Positions 1 to 11,200 are shown, numbered from the stretch's first letter. The stretch: DNA of 61,050 nucleotides from Candidatus Berkelbacteria bacterium (GCA_026397235.1 JAPLVG010000023.1:1-61050), one strand, 5' to 3'. The notes: generated by a model from the sequence alone, not told the origin. Made by a program: numbers and translations.

Positions 1-1
1 T

Positions 2-127
2 TATATTCGGGCCGACGAAGTTGATTTGATAATTAAAGAATATGGAATTAGCAAATATGTAGCCTATTTGCGGGTTGATAAAACTGATATTGAATCTCAT
101 CTTAAACGATTATTTAATCTGACCTAA
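2..127 (+). CDS. 3' end of an unidentified upstream gene (partial at window edge)
   Basis: Frame starting at nt 2 is open from the window edge to TAA at 125-127 (...IRADEVDLIIKEYGISKYVAYLRVDKTDIESHLKRLFNLT*); no family recognised. Confidence 0.3.
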   Translation, partial: YIRADEVDLIIKEYGISKYVAYLRVDKTDIESHLKRLFNLT

Positions 128-137
128 TCTGGGCTGA

Positions 138-173
138 TATACTGATTTGAGTCGATCGACTCAAATCAGTATA
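138..173. repeat. 36-bp perfect palindrome (possible terminator/operator) after the upstream gene
   Basis: TATACTGATTTGAGTCGA|TCGACTCAAATCAGTATA; arms contain ACTGAT/ATCAGT, the core of the heptamer family seen elsewhere; no T-run follows. Confidence 0.7.
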
Positions 174-276
174 AATACATCACTAGTAAGCCAGTAAGAT
201 TGTTTTTTAAGCGTAAGAGTGATACAATTGAATTCACGGCATTTAAAAAACGAAAACTTTCAAAGAAGTTCAACTA

Positions 277-307
277 CACGGATTTTTGACACGGATAAAA
301 CACGGAT
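277..307 (+). repeat. Heptamer array, forward arm only (3 x CACGGAT) immediately upstream of infB
   Basis: CACGGAT at 277-283, 290-296, 301-307 with 6- and 4-nt spacers; 5' flank TTCAACTACACGGATTT also found at 47864-47880. Confidence 0.85.
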
Positions 308-315
308 AAAATAGA

Positions 316-2175
316 ATGGCTTTTAAGAAGAGAAAATTTTCAAAGAAGGAAATTAAGGCTGCGGCAAAACTGCCGGCTTTTGTTGAACGCGATACAACAG
401 ATATTGCCGATGCCACGCCAAAAGCTAAAAAGAAAGTTTTGTTGTCGGAAATCGTTTCTGTCAAGGATTTTGCTGAAATTTCCGGGCTTCCTGTTACTGA
501 AATTATTGGCCAGCTAATCAAAAACGGTGTCCTGGCAAATATCAATGAGAATATTGATTTTGAAACTGCTCAGATTGTTGGCGATGATTTGGGATTAGAA
601 ATTTTGCCAAAAGACGCTCAGGCCGAAGAGTTTTCTGAAAAGGCGCAAGTAACGGATTCTAAATCTCTTGAAACTCGACCGCCAGTAGTTTCGATTATGG
701 GTCATGTTGATCACGGAAAAACTTCACTTTTGGATAAAATCCGCGAAACCCATGTAGCGGCGGGGGAGTCGGGTGGAATTACTCAGCATATTTCGGCCTA
801 CAATATTGAAGTATCTGATCCTGAAGACAAAAAGAAAACTCGAGCTATTACTTTTATAGATACACCTGGTCACTCTGCCTTTTCGGCTATGCGATCGCAC
901 GGAGCAACCATTGCTGATATTGTTGTTCTAATAGTAGCCGCAGATGATGGAGTGATGCCGCAAACAAAAGAGGTAATTGAAAGTGCAAAAGCCCAAAACG
1001 TCCCTATTATAGTAGCGATCAATAAAGTTGATCTGCCGGATTCCGATATTATGAAAATTCGTCAGCAGCTCTCTGAATATCAACTTATTGGTGAAGATTG
1101 GGGCGGCAAAACTATTATTGTCGAAGTTTCGGCCAAAACCGGTAAAAACATTGATCAACTCTTAGAAATGATACTTTTGCAGGCTGATTCGATGGATTTA
1201 AAAGCTGACCCCGAGGTTCCTGCTACTGGCATTGTGATAGAATCCCATTATCACAAAGGCGCTGGTGCATTAGCTATTATTCTGATAGAAAATGGAACCT
1301 TGAAATTAGGTGACGCAATGGCAATTGGCCCGGTTTATGGCAAAGTGCGAATTCTTCAGGACTGGACTGGGGAAAACATTGTCTTGGCTGGTCCAAGCAT
1401 GCCGGTTCGTGTTGCGGGCTTAAAGTCGCTGCCAAACTTTGCCGAGAGATTGGTAACTTTTGAATCAGAAAAAGAAGCCAAAAATGCCGCAAAGAGATTT
1501 CTTGAGCGTAACACCACTCGTCGCTACATTGCTAAATCTGTCAGCAAAACCGATTCTGATATCGTTGAACTCAACTTAATTATCAAATCTGATGTTGCCG
1601 GATCACTCGAAGCGATCAAAAAATCACTGGGCGAAATATCAAATCCAGGGCTTAAAATTAAAATTGTTTCCGACGGTGTCGGAGCAATTTCCGAATCAGA
1701 TGCCGCAATGGCAAATGCCACTAAGGCAGTAATTTTAGCTTTTCGCGTTTCAATCTCGCTACCTGCTAAAAAAATAATTGATAAAGAAAAAATTAACGCC
1801 GTTGAATATCAAGTAATTTATGAACTAGTTGATGATGTCAAAAAGATTTTAGAAGAAATGTTGCCGCCAATCGTTACTGAAATTGAAACAGGAAGCGGTG
1901 AAATTCTAGCCGAATTTAGAAATGACAAAAAAGGTGTTGTCGTCGGTTTCCGCTCGAACGATGGAGAATTCAAAACCGGTGAAATGCTGAAAATTATCTC
2001 TGCTGGAGAAGAAATTTGGCGCGGTAAAATTGAGTCACTCCGTCGAGAAAAGGATCAAGTTTCATCAATTTCGGCTGGAAGCGAGGCTGGCGTTGGGCTT
2101 GCTGCCGGTGCCAAATATACAATTGGTGACAAAGTCGTAGCTTTTCGTATCGAAGAAACTAAACAAACATTATAG
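316..2175 (+). CDS. infB: Translation initiation factor IF-2
   Basis: 619 aa; GTPase motifs [21 protein letters not shown] followed by IF-2 C-terminal domains; short N-terminal region. Confidence 0.97.
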   Translation: MAFKKRKFSKKEIKAAAKLPAFVERDTTDIADATPKAKKKVLLSEIVSVKDFAEISGLPVTEIIGQLIKNGVLANINENIDFETAQIVGDDLGLEILPKDAQAEEFSEKAQVTDSKSLETRPPVVSIMGHVDHGKTSLLDKIRETHVAAGESGGITQHISAYNIEVSDPEDKKKTRAITFIDTPGHSAFSAMRSHGATIADIVVLIVAADDGVMPQTKEVIESAKAQNVPIIVAINKVDLPDSDIMKIRQQLSEYQLIGEDWGGKTIIVEVSAKTGKNIDQLLEMILLQADSMDLKADPEVPATGIVIESHYHKGAGALAIILIENGTLKLGDAMAIGPVYGKVRILQDWTGENIVLAGPSMPVRVAGLKSLPNFAERLVTFESEKEAKNAAKRFLERNTTRRYIAKSVSKTDSDIVELNLIIKSDVAGSLEAIKKSLGEISNPGLKIKIVSDGVGAISESDAAMANATKAVILAFRVSISLPAKKIIDKEKINAVEYQVIYELVDDVKKILEEMLPPIVTEIETGSGEILAEFRNDKKGVVVGFRSNDGEFKTGEMLKIISAGEEIWRGKIESLRREKDQVSSISAGSEAGVGLAAGAKYTIGDKVVAFRIEETKQTL

Positions 2176-2217
2176 TTAAAAGTTCATAAAGTTCATAAAG
2201 TAAAAACCAAAAAAGCC

Positions 2218-2246
2218 TTGACAAGATTTTCAATGGCTGATAAACT
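2218..2246 (+). promoter_or_regulatory. Sigma70-like promoter for the LysM-CHAP gene
   Basis: TTGACA (2218-2223), 17-nt spacer, TAAACT (2241-2246). Confidence 0.6.
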
Positions 2247-2309
2247 TGATGATGTGTTTCCAAAAAACAGGCCAACCCGGATAGAGATTAATAATTAGTA
2301 AGCATAGGG

Positions 2310-3470
2310 TTGGTGAGGATTAAGGAGATCATTATAGCTTTGCTTCCGTCTGATGAACCTCCGCTTAGTACGGAGTCGATAAAAATAAAAGTTCAAGGGG
2401 AAAACGTTTTGCGGGATAAGCTAACAAAACTCGCGAAGCTGGTCAAAAGCAAAAACCATTTCAAACTTTCAAATCAATTCTTGGCTTTCTGGTCACGGCT
2501 TTCTGATAAAGAAGCCTTGTCTGCTACCACTTTTAAAGCGGTAGAAAGAATTAAATCGGCCAAGAATTTTATAGTTGAACAAAAACTTGTTCCACACTTC
2601 GTTATCGTGATTCTTGGTTTGGGTGTCGCGCTCTGTAACGTCATTGTTGCTCGCGGAGCTGATAATTTGTATAATCTGATTCCTGCCGATCCACAAAGCC
2701 AAATTGCGATTGCAACATCGATTTCAAAGTACACGCCAATTATTCAAAATAGCGGTACTGCAGTTGCGCAAATTGTATCAGCTCCAACTGATCCAAACAG
2801 TGGTGTTTTTTCTGTTGCCGCAAAAACTACTGCGACTCAACTTACGGTGTCAGATACAACTGCAACCGCTATTGACACAACTGCTGGCCCGCGAACTAAA
2901 AATATCTCCTACACTGTTCAGGCCGGTGACACACTAACTGGCCTGGCAATGAGATTCAATATTAAAGCTTCATCTGTTAAATTTGCCAACAATATGACAA
3001 ATATAGATTTAATTAAGCCTGGTGATACCTTAAAAATTCCGCCTGACGGTTGGGAGCCAACGGCTGCACAAATCGCCGCAGCAAATAAAACTGCTGCTAA
3101 AACTATTGCCGGGACGACTAAAAACTCTAAAGGCATTGTTGTTAATCTAAAAGCTGGGACCAAGCTCAATGGATATCCTTACGGTTATTGCACTTATTAT
3201 GTTGCAACTCGCCGCGCAGTTCCTGCCAGTTGGGGCAATGCTGGACAGTGGCTTGGAAGCGCTCAACGCGCAGGCTATGCAACTGGATCTACTCCGGTTC
3301 CAGGCGCTATTATGGTCACCCGTGAGTCATGGTGGGGCCATGTTGCCTACATTGAATCTGTCGATGGCGACTCATTTACTGTCTCGGAAATGAATTACGC
3401 TGGTTGGGGAGTAACCTCCCGCCGAGTGGTTTCTACTCATGATTCAGTGATAAAAGGCTTCGTTTATTAA
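2310..3470 (+). CDS. Membrane-anchored LysM + CHAP-domain peptidoglycan hydrolase
   Basis: 386 aa; TM segment (HFVIVILGLGVALCNVIVA), LysM (YTVQAGDTLTGLAMRFNI...IKPGDTLKIP), C-terminal CHAP with Cys (GYCTYYVA) and His (GHVAYIESV). Start (TTG at 2310) is uncertain: AAGGAG at 2322-2327 suggests a slightly later non-ATG start. Confidence 0.85.
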   Translation: MVRIKEIIIALLPSDEPPLSTESIKIKVQGENVLRDKLTKLAKLVKSKNHFKLSNQFLAFWSRLSDKEALSATTFKAVERIKSAKNFIVEQKLVPHFVIVILGLGVALCNVIVARGADNLYNLIPADPQSQIAIATSISKYTPIIQNSGTAVAQIVSAPTDPNSGVFSVAAKTTATQLTVSDTTATAIDTTAGPRTKNISYTVQAGDTLTGLAMRFNIKASSVKFANNMTNIDLIKPGDTLKIPPDGWEPTAAQIAAANKTAAKTIAGTTKNSKGIVVNLKAGTKLNGYPYGYCTYYVATRRAVPASWGNAGQWLGSAQRAGYATGSTPVPGAIMVTRESWWGHVAYIESVDGDSFTVSEMNYAGWGVTSRRVVSTHDSVIKGFVY

Positions 3471-3494
3471 ACAAAAGATTTTTGTAATATCTAG

Positions 3495-3526
3495 AAATGG
3501 TTTCCAATTGACTGGAGACCATTTTT
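3495..3526 (+). terminator. Rho-independent terminator after the LysM-CHAP gene
   Basis: AAATGGTTTCCA (3495-3506) / TGGAGACCATTT (3513-3524), 12-bp stem with 1 mismatch, followed by T-run. Confidence 0.7.
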
Positions 3527-3536
3527 AGTTTATAAT
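3508..3536 (+). promoter_or_regulatory. Consensus sigma70-like promoter of obg, overlapping the terminator hairpin
   Basis: TTGACT (3508-3513), 17-nt spacer, TATAAT (3531-3536); the obg ATG is only 7 nt downstream of the -10 box. Confidence 0.7.
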
Positions 3537-3543
3537 CATATAA

Positions 3544-4512
3544 ATGACAGATGAAGTAACAATTCGAATAAAAGCAGGCAGGGGTGGAGATGGATCCGTC
3601 TCTTTTTTGCGTGAGAAATTTCGTCCAAATGGTGGTCCAGATGGTGGAGACGGCGGAAATGGTGGTAGCATAATTTTCGTTGCCGATAATAATGTTAACA
3701 CACTAACTTTTTTTGATAGTCGCAAATCATTCAAAGCCGCGGATGGCGAAAATGGTACAGGCAAAAACATGCACGGCAAAGAGGCAGAAGATTTAACTCT
3801 TTTGGTTCCGCAAGGGACAACAATTTCTGAAAATGGAAAAATCGTCATCGATATGACCAAAGTCGGTCAAACCTTTATTGCCGCACGCGGAGGCAATGGG
3901 GGTTGGGGAAACCAGCACTTTGCGTCATCAATCAAGCAAAAGCCAGAGTGGTCCAAACAGGGTTTGCCAGGCGAAGAGAAAGAGATTAAATTGGAGCTTA
4001 AACTTATAGCCGATGTTGGACTTGTTGGATTTCCAAATGCTGGTAAATCCACTTTACTTTCCGTTGTCTCAAATGCTCGGCCAAAAATTGCCGATTATCC
4101 ATTTACAACTCTGGAGCCGAATTTAGGCGTGGTAACTATTTATGATAAGGAATTTATTTTTGCTGATATTCCAGGGCTAATTGAAGGCGCATCTGTTGGC
4201 CGCGGTTTAGGGGACAAATTCTTAAAACATGTCGAGAGAACAAAAGAACTATTGCTAATGATTTCAGCTGAATCAGAAAATCCAGCAGGGGACTATAAAA
4301 TTTTGCTTAAAGAGCTAAATGATTATTCTAAAGTTTTAGCCAAAAAACGAATATTAGTCACAATCTCAAAATCAGAAATCTTGGATGAAAAAAGCAAGAT
4401 AAAAATTGCAAAAGATTTTAAAAAAATTAAAATAATTCCAATATTTTTCTCCGCTGCGATCAGAGAAAATTTAGATAGCTTACTTGGCAAAATTTTTGAC
4501 TTTATAAAATAA
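3544..4512 (+). CDS. obg: GTPase Obg/CgtA
   Basis: 322 aa; glycine-rich Obg fold (GGDGSVSFLREKF...GGPDGGDGGNGGSIIF) plus G-domain (GFPNAGKST, DIPGLIEGA). Confidence 0.95.
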   Translation: MTDEVTIRIKAGRGGDGSVSFLREKFRPNGGPDGGDGGNGGSIIFVADNNVNTLTFFDSRKSFKAADGENGTGKNMHGKEAEDLTLLVPQGTTISENGKIVIDMTKVGQTFIAARGGNGGWGNQHFASSIKQKPEWSKQGLPGEEKEIKLELKLIADVGLVGFPNAGKSTLLSVVSNARPKIADYPFTTLEPNLGVVTIYDKEFIFADIPGLIEGASVGRGLGDKFLKHVERTKELLLMISAESENPAGDYKILLKELNDYSKVLAKKRILVTISKSEILDEKSKIKIAKDFKKIKIIPIFFSAAIRENLDSLLGKIFDFIK

Positions 4513-4584
4513 GAGTTTAGTCAAAAGCGTGCTCAAAAGACCTGTGGTGAGTCGGTCGAATCCAGAACCGTCCCCCTTACTTGG

Positions 4585-4612
4585 TTGACAATATTTTTAA
4601 TCGCACTATACT
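4585..4612 (+). promoter_or_regulatory. Sigma70-like promoter (distal, upstream of rpoB)
   Basis: TTGACA (4585-4590), 16-nt spacer, TATACT (4607-4612). Confidence 0.55.
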
Positions 4613-4700
4613 ATTATATGTACTATCAAATAAGTGCAGGAATAACTGCATGCACACAAGGTTAATAAAAGGAGGGGTTTTCCGTTGCCAGCCGGAGGGG

Positions 4701-4729
4701 TTGACAAAGTTTTTTGTGTCTGATAATAT
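4701..4729 (+). promoter_or_regulatory. Sigma70-like promoter (proximal, upstream of rpoB)
   Basis: TTGACA (4701-4706), 17-nt spacer, TAATAT (4724-4729); predicts a ~155-nt rpoB leader. Confidence 0.6.
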
Positions 4730-4837
4730 TAATTTGTAAGAAATAATTGAGCGGTTAATGAGTTCTATCACAGCATAAAAGGGATAGGTTTTTCAGTGCC
4801 CCAACATTGGGTAAGTTTTTTGTTTAAAAAATACCAT

Positions 4838-4870
4838 CTTAAGTCACTTAAATCTCTTGAGTCACTTGAG
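4838..4870. repeat. Tandem 15-nt word repeat in the rpoB leader
   Basis: CTTAAGTCACTTAAA (4838-4852) and CTTGAGTCACTTGAG (4856-4870); each unit is itself nearly palindromic. Confidence 0.75.
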
Positions 4871-4890
4871 AATAAAATAAGGAGAGAGTA

Positions 4891-7800
4891 ATGGCAGTGA
4901 AAACTCAACTTGTGAATAAGCGTCTTCTAGAAAAGAAAAAAGCTCATGAAGTTCCACTACCGAACTTAATTGAGGTACAAACCGAGTCATATAACTGGTT
5001 TTTTGCCGAGGGAATGCGAGAACTCTTTGATGAAATCTCTCCAATCGAGGATTTTACTGGCGAAGTGATGTCATTATCCTTTGGAGATTATTTTCTTGGC
5101 GAGCCAAAAGTGCCAGAAGCGGTGGCCAGAGAAAAAAATTTAACCTATAAAGCGCCTCTTAAAGTACGCGTGTCGTTGCTTAACAAGAGAACTGAAGAAA
5201 TTAAAGAAGCTGACGTGTTTATGGGCGATTTTCCAATTATGACTCACCGAGGAACTTTTATCATCAATGGAGTTGAGCGCGTCATTGTTTCTCAAATTGT
5301 TCGCTCCTATGGAGTACTTTTTGCTAATAATGAAGTTGCCGGCAGAAAACTTTTTGGTGCAAAAATTATTCCATCACGTGGCGCTTGGCTGGAAGTTGAA
5401 ACAGATCTTAAAAATGTCATTTCAGTTAAAATTGATCGAAAACGCAGAATCCCGGTCACCACATTTTTACGTGCTCTTGGTGTTGGCAATGACGAAGAAA
5501 TTAAAGCCTTGTTCGCCGATGTCGATGTCAATGACGAAAATCATTACATTGAAGCCACTCTTAAAAAAGATCCAGCCAAAAATTATGAAGAAGGCTTGGT
5601 TGAAACATACAAAAAAATTCGTCCAGGAGACTTAGCAACAGTTGAAAGCGCAAAATCTTTTATTGAAGCGATGTTTTCCAATATCAAACGCTATGATATT
5701 GGTCGCGTCGGCCGATATAAAATTAATGCCAGACTTAAGGTTGATACTAAAAATGTTCCGGAAAACCGCGTTCTATTAAAAGAAGACTTTGTAAATATTA
5801 TCCGAGAAGTGATCGAATTAAATAACAATCCAGCAGCTTTGCCTGATGATGTTGATAGCTTGAAAAATCGCCGAATTCGTGCCGTTGGTGAGCTAATTCA
5901 GGGCCGCGTTCGCGTTGGTTTGCTCCGTGTTGAGAGAATTGTCAAAGACCGAATGAGCATATCCGAACCAGATGAGACGACTCCGGCGCAATTAATTAAC
6001 TCCCGTCCGATTGTTGCAGCTCTTCAAGAATTTTTTGCTTCCTCGCAAATGTCACAATTTATGAATCAGACTAATCCCCTTTCCGAACTTGAACACAAGC
6101 GAACACTTTCTGCTACCGGTCCAGGCGGACTTTCAAGAGAAAGGGCCGGTTTCGAAGTTCGAGATGTTCACGTTACTCACTATGGCAGAATTTGCCCGAT
6201 TGAAACCCCTGAAGGACCAAACATCGGTTTGGTCGGATATCTTGCATCATATGCAAAAATTAACGATTATGGATTTATTGAAACACCTTATAGAAAAGTT
6301 ATTCTCGAAAACGGCAAGCCAAGAGTTACAGACGAAATCGTTTATTTAGATGCTTCAAAAGAGGAAGACACGATTATTGCCCCTGCTTCAGTTGAAGTTA
6401 ATGAGCAAGGATATATTAAAGACAAAAAAGTCATCGTCCGACATGGCGGTGAGCCAACGATTGCCGATGCAACCTCGGTTGTCTTTATGGATGTTTCACC
6501 AAAACAAATTATTTCTGTTACGGCGGCGCTTATTCCGTTCATCGAACACGATGATGCTGCAAGGGCTTTGATGGGTGCTAATATGCAACGGCAGGCTGTT
6601 CCTTTGGTTGAACCGCAATCAGCAATTATCGGTACTGGTATGGAGAGTGCTGCAGCCAAAGACTCGGGTCAAATTATCTTGGCGATTACACCAGGTACAG
6701 TTAGTCATGTGTCATCAAATTTAATTAGAGTTAAAGAGGCAAAGGGTAATCAACGTGAATATTTCTTGTCAAAATTTGTTCGTTCAAATCAGGGCACTGT
6801 AATTAATCACAAACCACGCATTAATGTTGGTGATATTGTTAAATCCGGGGATTTATTGGCTGACGGTTCAGCAACCCAAGACGGTGAAATTGCCCTGGGT
6901 CGTAACTTAAAAGTAGCCTTTATGTCTTGGGGTGGTGGAAACTATGAAGACGCTATTATTATCTCGTCAAAATTAGTAAAAGACCATGTTTTGTCATCTA
7001 TTCATATTGAAAAATATACTTTGGAAGTTCGTGACACCAAACTAGGTCCAGAAATTCTAACTCGCGATATTCCAAATGTTTCAGAGGAAGCGTTGTCAAA
7101 CTTGGATGAAAATGGAATTATTCGTGTCGGTGCCGAAATTACCGCTGGTGATATTCTGGTTGGGAAAATTTCGCCAAAAGGTGAGACTGAACTTTCTGCT
7201 GAAGAAAAACTGCTCCGGGCAATTTTTGGTGAAAAAGCTAAAGATGTCCGTGATTCCAGTTTGCGTTTGCCTCACGGTGAACGTGGAAAAATTGTTGAAG
7301 TTAAAATTTTCTCTCGGGAATCCGGAGATGAGCTTCCTGCAGGAGTTTATCAAATGGTGGAGGTCTCGGTTGCGCAACTGCGAAAAATTTCTGTCGGTGA
7401 TAAACTTGCCGGTCGTCACGGTAATAAAGGTGTTATTTCAACAATATTGCCAGAAGAAGATATGCCTTTTATGCCAGATGGCACCCCGGTTGATATTATT
7501 TTGAACCCGCTTGGTGTTCCGTCCCGTATGAATATCGGCCAACTTTTTGAAACTCATTTGGGCTGGGCAATGGAAGCACAAGGTATTAAAGTTGCGTCGC
7601 ATGCTCTAGATGGTATTAAGCTTGAAGAAATTCGCCAAGAATTAAAGAAAGCTGATTTACCGGAAGACGGTAAAATTCAGCTCTATGACGGAAAAACCGG
7701 CGAACCATTTGATCATCGAACTGTTGTGGGTATTATTTATATTATGAAACTTTTTCACTTGGTTGACGATAAAATGCATGCAAGGTCTATTGGACCATAT

Positions 7801-8181
7801 TCAATGATTACCCAGCAGCCGCTTGGGGGTAAGGCTCAATTTGGCGGTCAACGTTTTGGTGAAATGGAAGTTTGGGCGATTGAGGCCTATGGCGCTGCCC
7901 ACACCTTACAAGAGCTTCTGACTATTAAGTCTGACGATGTTATCGGTCGAAGCCGAGCTTACGAATCTATCATCAAAGGTGAACCAATTCAAAGTCCAAC
8001 AATACCACAAGCTTTTAACCTTGCCCGACTTGAACCGCCTATCGACGAGAAATTAGTTGAGCCGTTGCCAGATGAAAAAAGTGAGCTTGACGAAGAAATA
8101 GATGAAAAATTAACCGAGCTCGCAGCCGAGCAGGTTTCGGAAGACGAAGATATCGTCTCGGAGGAAGTCGTGGAAATTTAA
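4891..8181 (+). CDS. rpoB: DNA-directed RNA polymerase beta subunit
   Basis: 1096 aa; conserved blocks incl. [29 protein letters not shown]; acidic ~50-aa C-terminal tail. Confidence 0.98.
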   Translation: MAVKTQLVNKRLLEKKKAHEVPLPNLIEVQTESYNWFFAEGMRELFDEISPIEDFTGEVMSLSFGDYFLGEPKVPEAVAREKNLTYKAPLKVRVSLLNKRTEEIKEADVFMGDFPIMTHRGTFIINGVERVIVSQIVRSYGVLFANNEVAGRKLFGAKIIPSRGAWLEVETDLKNVISVKIDRKRRIPVTTFLRALGVGNDEEIKALFADVDVNDENHYIEATLKKDPAKNYEEGLVETYKKIRPGDLATVESAKSFIEAMFSNIKRYDIGRVGRYKINARLKVDTKNVPENRVLLKEDFVNIIREVIELNNNPAALPDDVDSLKNRRIRAVGELIQGRVRVGLLRVERIVKDRMSISEPDETTPAQLINSRPIVAALQEFFASSQMSQFMNQTNPLSELEHKRTLSATGPGGLSRERAGFEVRDVHVTHYGRICPIETPEGPNIGLVGYLASYAKINDYGFIETPYRKVILENGKPRVTDEIVYLDASKEEDTIIAPASVEVNEQGYIKDKKVIVRHGGEPTIADATSVVFMDVSPKQIISVTAALIPFIEHDDAARALMGANMQRQAVPLVEPQSAIIGTGMESAAAKDSGQIILAITPGTVSHVSSNLIRVKEAKGNQREYFLSKFVRSNQGTVINHKPRINVGDIVKSGDLLADGSATQDGEIALGRNLKVAFMSWGGGNYEDAIIISSKLVKDHVLSSIHIEKYTLEVRDTKLGPEILTRDIPNVSEEALSNLDENGIIRVGAEITAGDILVGKISPKGETELSAEEKLLRAIFGEKAKDVRDSSLRLPHGERGKIVEVKIFSRESGDELPAGVYQMVEVSVAQLRKISVGDKLAGRHGNKGVISTILPEEDMPFMPDGTPVDIILNPLGVPSRMNIGQLFETHLGWAMEAQGIKVASHALDGIKLEEIRQELKKADLPEDGKIQLYDGKTGEPFDHRTVVGIIYIMKLFHLVDDKMHARSIGPYSMITQQPLGGKAQFGGQRFGEMEVWAIEAYGAAHTLQELLTIKSDDVIGRSRAYESIIKGEPIQSPTIPQAFNLARLEPPIDEKLVEPLPDEKSELDEEIDEKLTELAAEQVSEDEDIVSEEVVEI

Positions 8182-8215
8182 CTTAAGTATCTTAAGTAAC
8201 TTAAGTTGCTTAAGT
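8181..8215. repeat. Four CTTAAGT words at 9-nt period in the rpoB-rpoC spacer
   Basis: CTTAAGT at 8182, 8191, 8200, 8209; ACTTAAGT is self-complementary. Confidence 0.85.
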
Positions 8216-8228
8216 TTAAAGGAGAATA

Positions 8229-11200
8229 ATGCCAAAATTAGAAGTTAAGGATGCGGTCAATGTTACCGACTTCAAATCGATGAGGATTTCTGTTGCCTCA
8301 CCAGATGACATCCTTTCTTGGTCTCATGGTGAAGTTATGAAACCAGAAACGATTAATTACCGAACTCAGAAACCAGAGCGCGATGGTCTTTTTGCTGAGA
8401 ATATTTTTGGTCCGACTCGGGACTGGGAGTGTTATTGTGGAAAATATCGCAAAGTTCGTTATTCCGGAGTCGTTTGCGATAAATGCGGTGTCGAAGTTAC
8501 CAAATCATCTGTTCGCCGTATCCGCATGGGCCACATCGACTTAGTTGTTCCAATCGCTCATATTTGGTATGTACGAAGCGTCCCTTGTATTATGGGTCAA
8601 ATTCTTGATCTCTCTTCGTCTGATCTGGAAAAAATTATTTATTTTGCCAGTTTTGTAATAGTTGATGTTAATGAAGAATTGCGCCAGGAAATTTTAACTA
8701 GAGTTGAGAGTGAATTTACCAATATGAAAGATGAGAAAACCTCTTCGGCAGATCCAACAATTTCATCTGCTTCAAAAGATATTACTGCTGAAGAAATTAA
8801 TCAGGCTTATAAGACCGCTAAATCACAACTTGAGTCACTCAAAATTGGAAAAATCATCTCTGAGCGTGATTATTATAGTTTGTCGCATAGTTATGGCAAT
8901 GTTGTTCGAGTTGGCATTGGTGCTGAAGCGATTTTGGAACTTTTGGAAAAAATTGATGCTGACTCAGAAATTAAAAAACTTGAAGAACAAGCTGCATCAT
9001 CAATCGGATTACAAAAACGCAAAATTGTTAAACGCATCAGAACCTTGCAAGGGTTAAAAGCTGCCAGCTTAAAACCGGATTGGCTTGTTCTTCGACGATT
9101 ACCAGTTATACCGCCGGATCTTCGACCGATGGTTCAATTAGACGGTGGTCGATTTGCCGCTTCAGATTTGAACGATTTATACCGTCGTGTTATCAACCGA
9201 AATAATCGCCTAAAACGACTTATTAACCAGGGTGCACCTGAAGTTATTTGTCGAAACGAAAAACGCATGTTGCAGGAAGCTGTTGATGCTTTAATTGATA
9301 ATTCAGCCAGGCGTGGTCGGGCAACTACTACCGCCAATAATCGTCGAAAGCTGAAATCACTCTCAGACATGCTTCGAGGCAAGCAGGGCCGCTTCCGCCA
9401 AAATCTACTTGGAAAACGTGTCGATTACTCCGGCCGATCGGTAATTGTCGTCGGTCCGGAACTTAAACTTCATCAATGCGGTTTGCCGAAGGTGATGGCT
9501 ATGGAACTTTATAAACCGTTTGTTATTGGTCGGCTAATTTCTGAAGGCTATGTTCATAATGTTAAGAATGCTACCAGATTGATTGAAAAAAATGAACCTT
9601 TCGTCTGGGATATTCTTGAAGATATTACCAAAGATTCGCATGTACTTTTAAACCGTGCCCCAACGCTTCATAGATTGGGAATTCAAGCATTTCAGCCGAT
9701 TCTGATTGAGGGCAAAGCAATAAAAATTCATCCGCTTGTTTGTCCAGCTTTTAATGCTGATTTTGATGGTGACCAAATGGCTGTTCATTTACCACTGTCG
9801 GCTGAAGCTCAAAGAGAAGCCAGAGAAATTATGCTTTCAAGGAAGAATCTTCTAAAACCATCATCTGGTGAGCCGGTTATTTCTCCAACACTTGATATGA
9901 TTTTGGGCTGCTACTTCTTGACCACAATTGGAGAAGGCAGAACGGGTGAAGGCAAAGTTTTTGCTTGCAAAGAAGATGCGCTTTTGGCTTATGATTCAAA
10001 AATCATCGACCTTAAGGCCAAAATCAAAGTTAGAATCGATGGTGAGATGCAAGAAACTACTGTCGGCAGAATTATCTTTAGTGCCATTATTCCCGTGGAA
10101 CTTGGATATCGAAATCAGGATTTTGACAAACCAAGTATCTCTAAATTAATTGCAGAGTCGTTCAAAAAATCTGGACTTGATTCTACCGCATCCTTCGTTG
10201 ATCATATTAAGGAGTTAGGTTTCCGCTATGCTCAAATGTCCGGAATTACTTTTTCAGCTTTCGATATTCAAGTTCCACCGCAAAAGAAAGCAATTTTGAC
10301 AAAAGCTGAGAATCAACTTGAGATTATCAATCAACAATATAGACGCGGTTTAATTACTGAAGAAGAAAGATACGCCAAAACGGTTGAAATCTGGATGAAT
10401 GCTCAAGGTGAACTACAAGAGGCAATGTTGGCAAACTTTGACAAAGACAATGATATCAATATCATCCGAGTCTCTGGCGCACAGGGAAAGGTTTCCCAGC
10501 TCAATCAGTTGGCCGGCATGAAGGGTTTGGTTGCTGATCCAACCGGTAATATTATTGAATTGCCGATTAAATCAAACTTTAAGGAAGGTTTATCTGTGTT
10601 TGAATATTTCGTTTCGTCTCACGGTTCGCGAAAAGGACGAGCTGATACAGCTCTCCGAACCTCTGAAGCAGGATACTTGACTCGCCGATTAGTTGATGTT
10701 TCACAGGATACTGTAATTACTTCGCCTGATTGTGGTACCAAGAGAGGTGTTATTATCAGTAAAGATTTTTATCAATCACTAAATGATGATTGGGCCAAAC
10801 ACTTGATTGGTCGAAATTTAAATAAAGAAGTTGCCGGTTTTCCAAAAAATACTTTAATTGACGCCGCGGCTTTGGAGAAGATTTTGGCGACTGGCGTCAA
10901 AGAAGTTGAAATTCGATCACTTTTAGTTTGTGAACAATCATGGGGAGTTTGCCAACATTGCTACGGAGAAGATCTTTCAACCGGCAGATTAGTTGAAATT
11001 GGCTCGGCTGTTGGTATTGTTGCCGCTCAAGCTATTGGAGAACCAGGGACTCAGCTTACTATGAGAACCTTTCATACTGGTGGTGCGGCTGGAGTTGATA
11101 TTACTGCTGGTTTGCCGCGAGTCGGTGAGCTTTTTGAGGCTAGAACTCCGCGCTTGGTTGCTGTAATGTCTGAAATTGACGGCAAGGCCAACATCCGAAA

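Noticed and set aside
4513-4580. tRNA-like fragment after obg (GGTCGAATCC resembles a T-loop)
   Set aside because: I could not fold an acceptor, D-arm or anticodon arm around it. The flanking stems are not complementary. No tRNA is called anywhere in the window.
8020-8181. Acidic C-terminal tail of RpoB as a frameshift artefact
   Set aside because: The frame is continuous with the conserved C-terminal block, and the tail is a plausible low-complexity extension. No alternative frame restores a longer conserved end.
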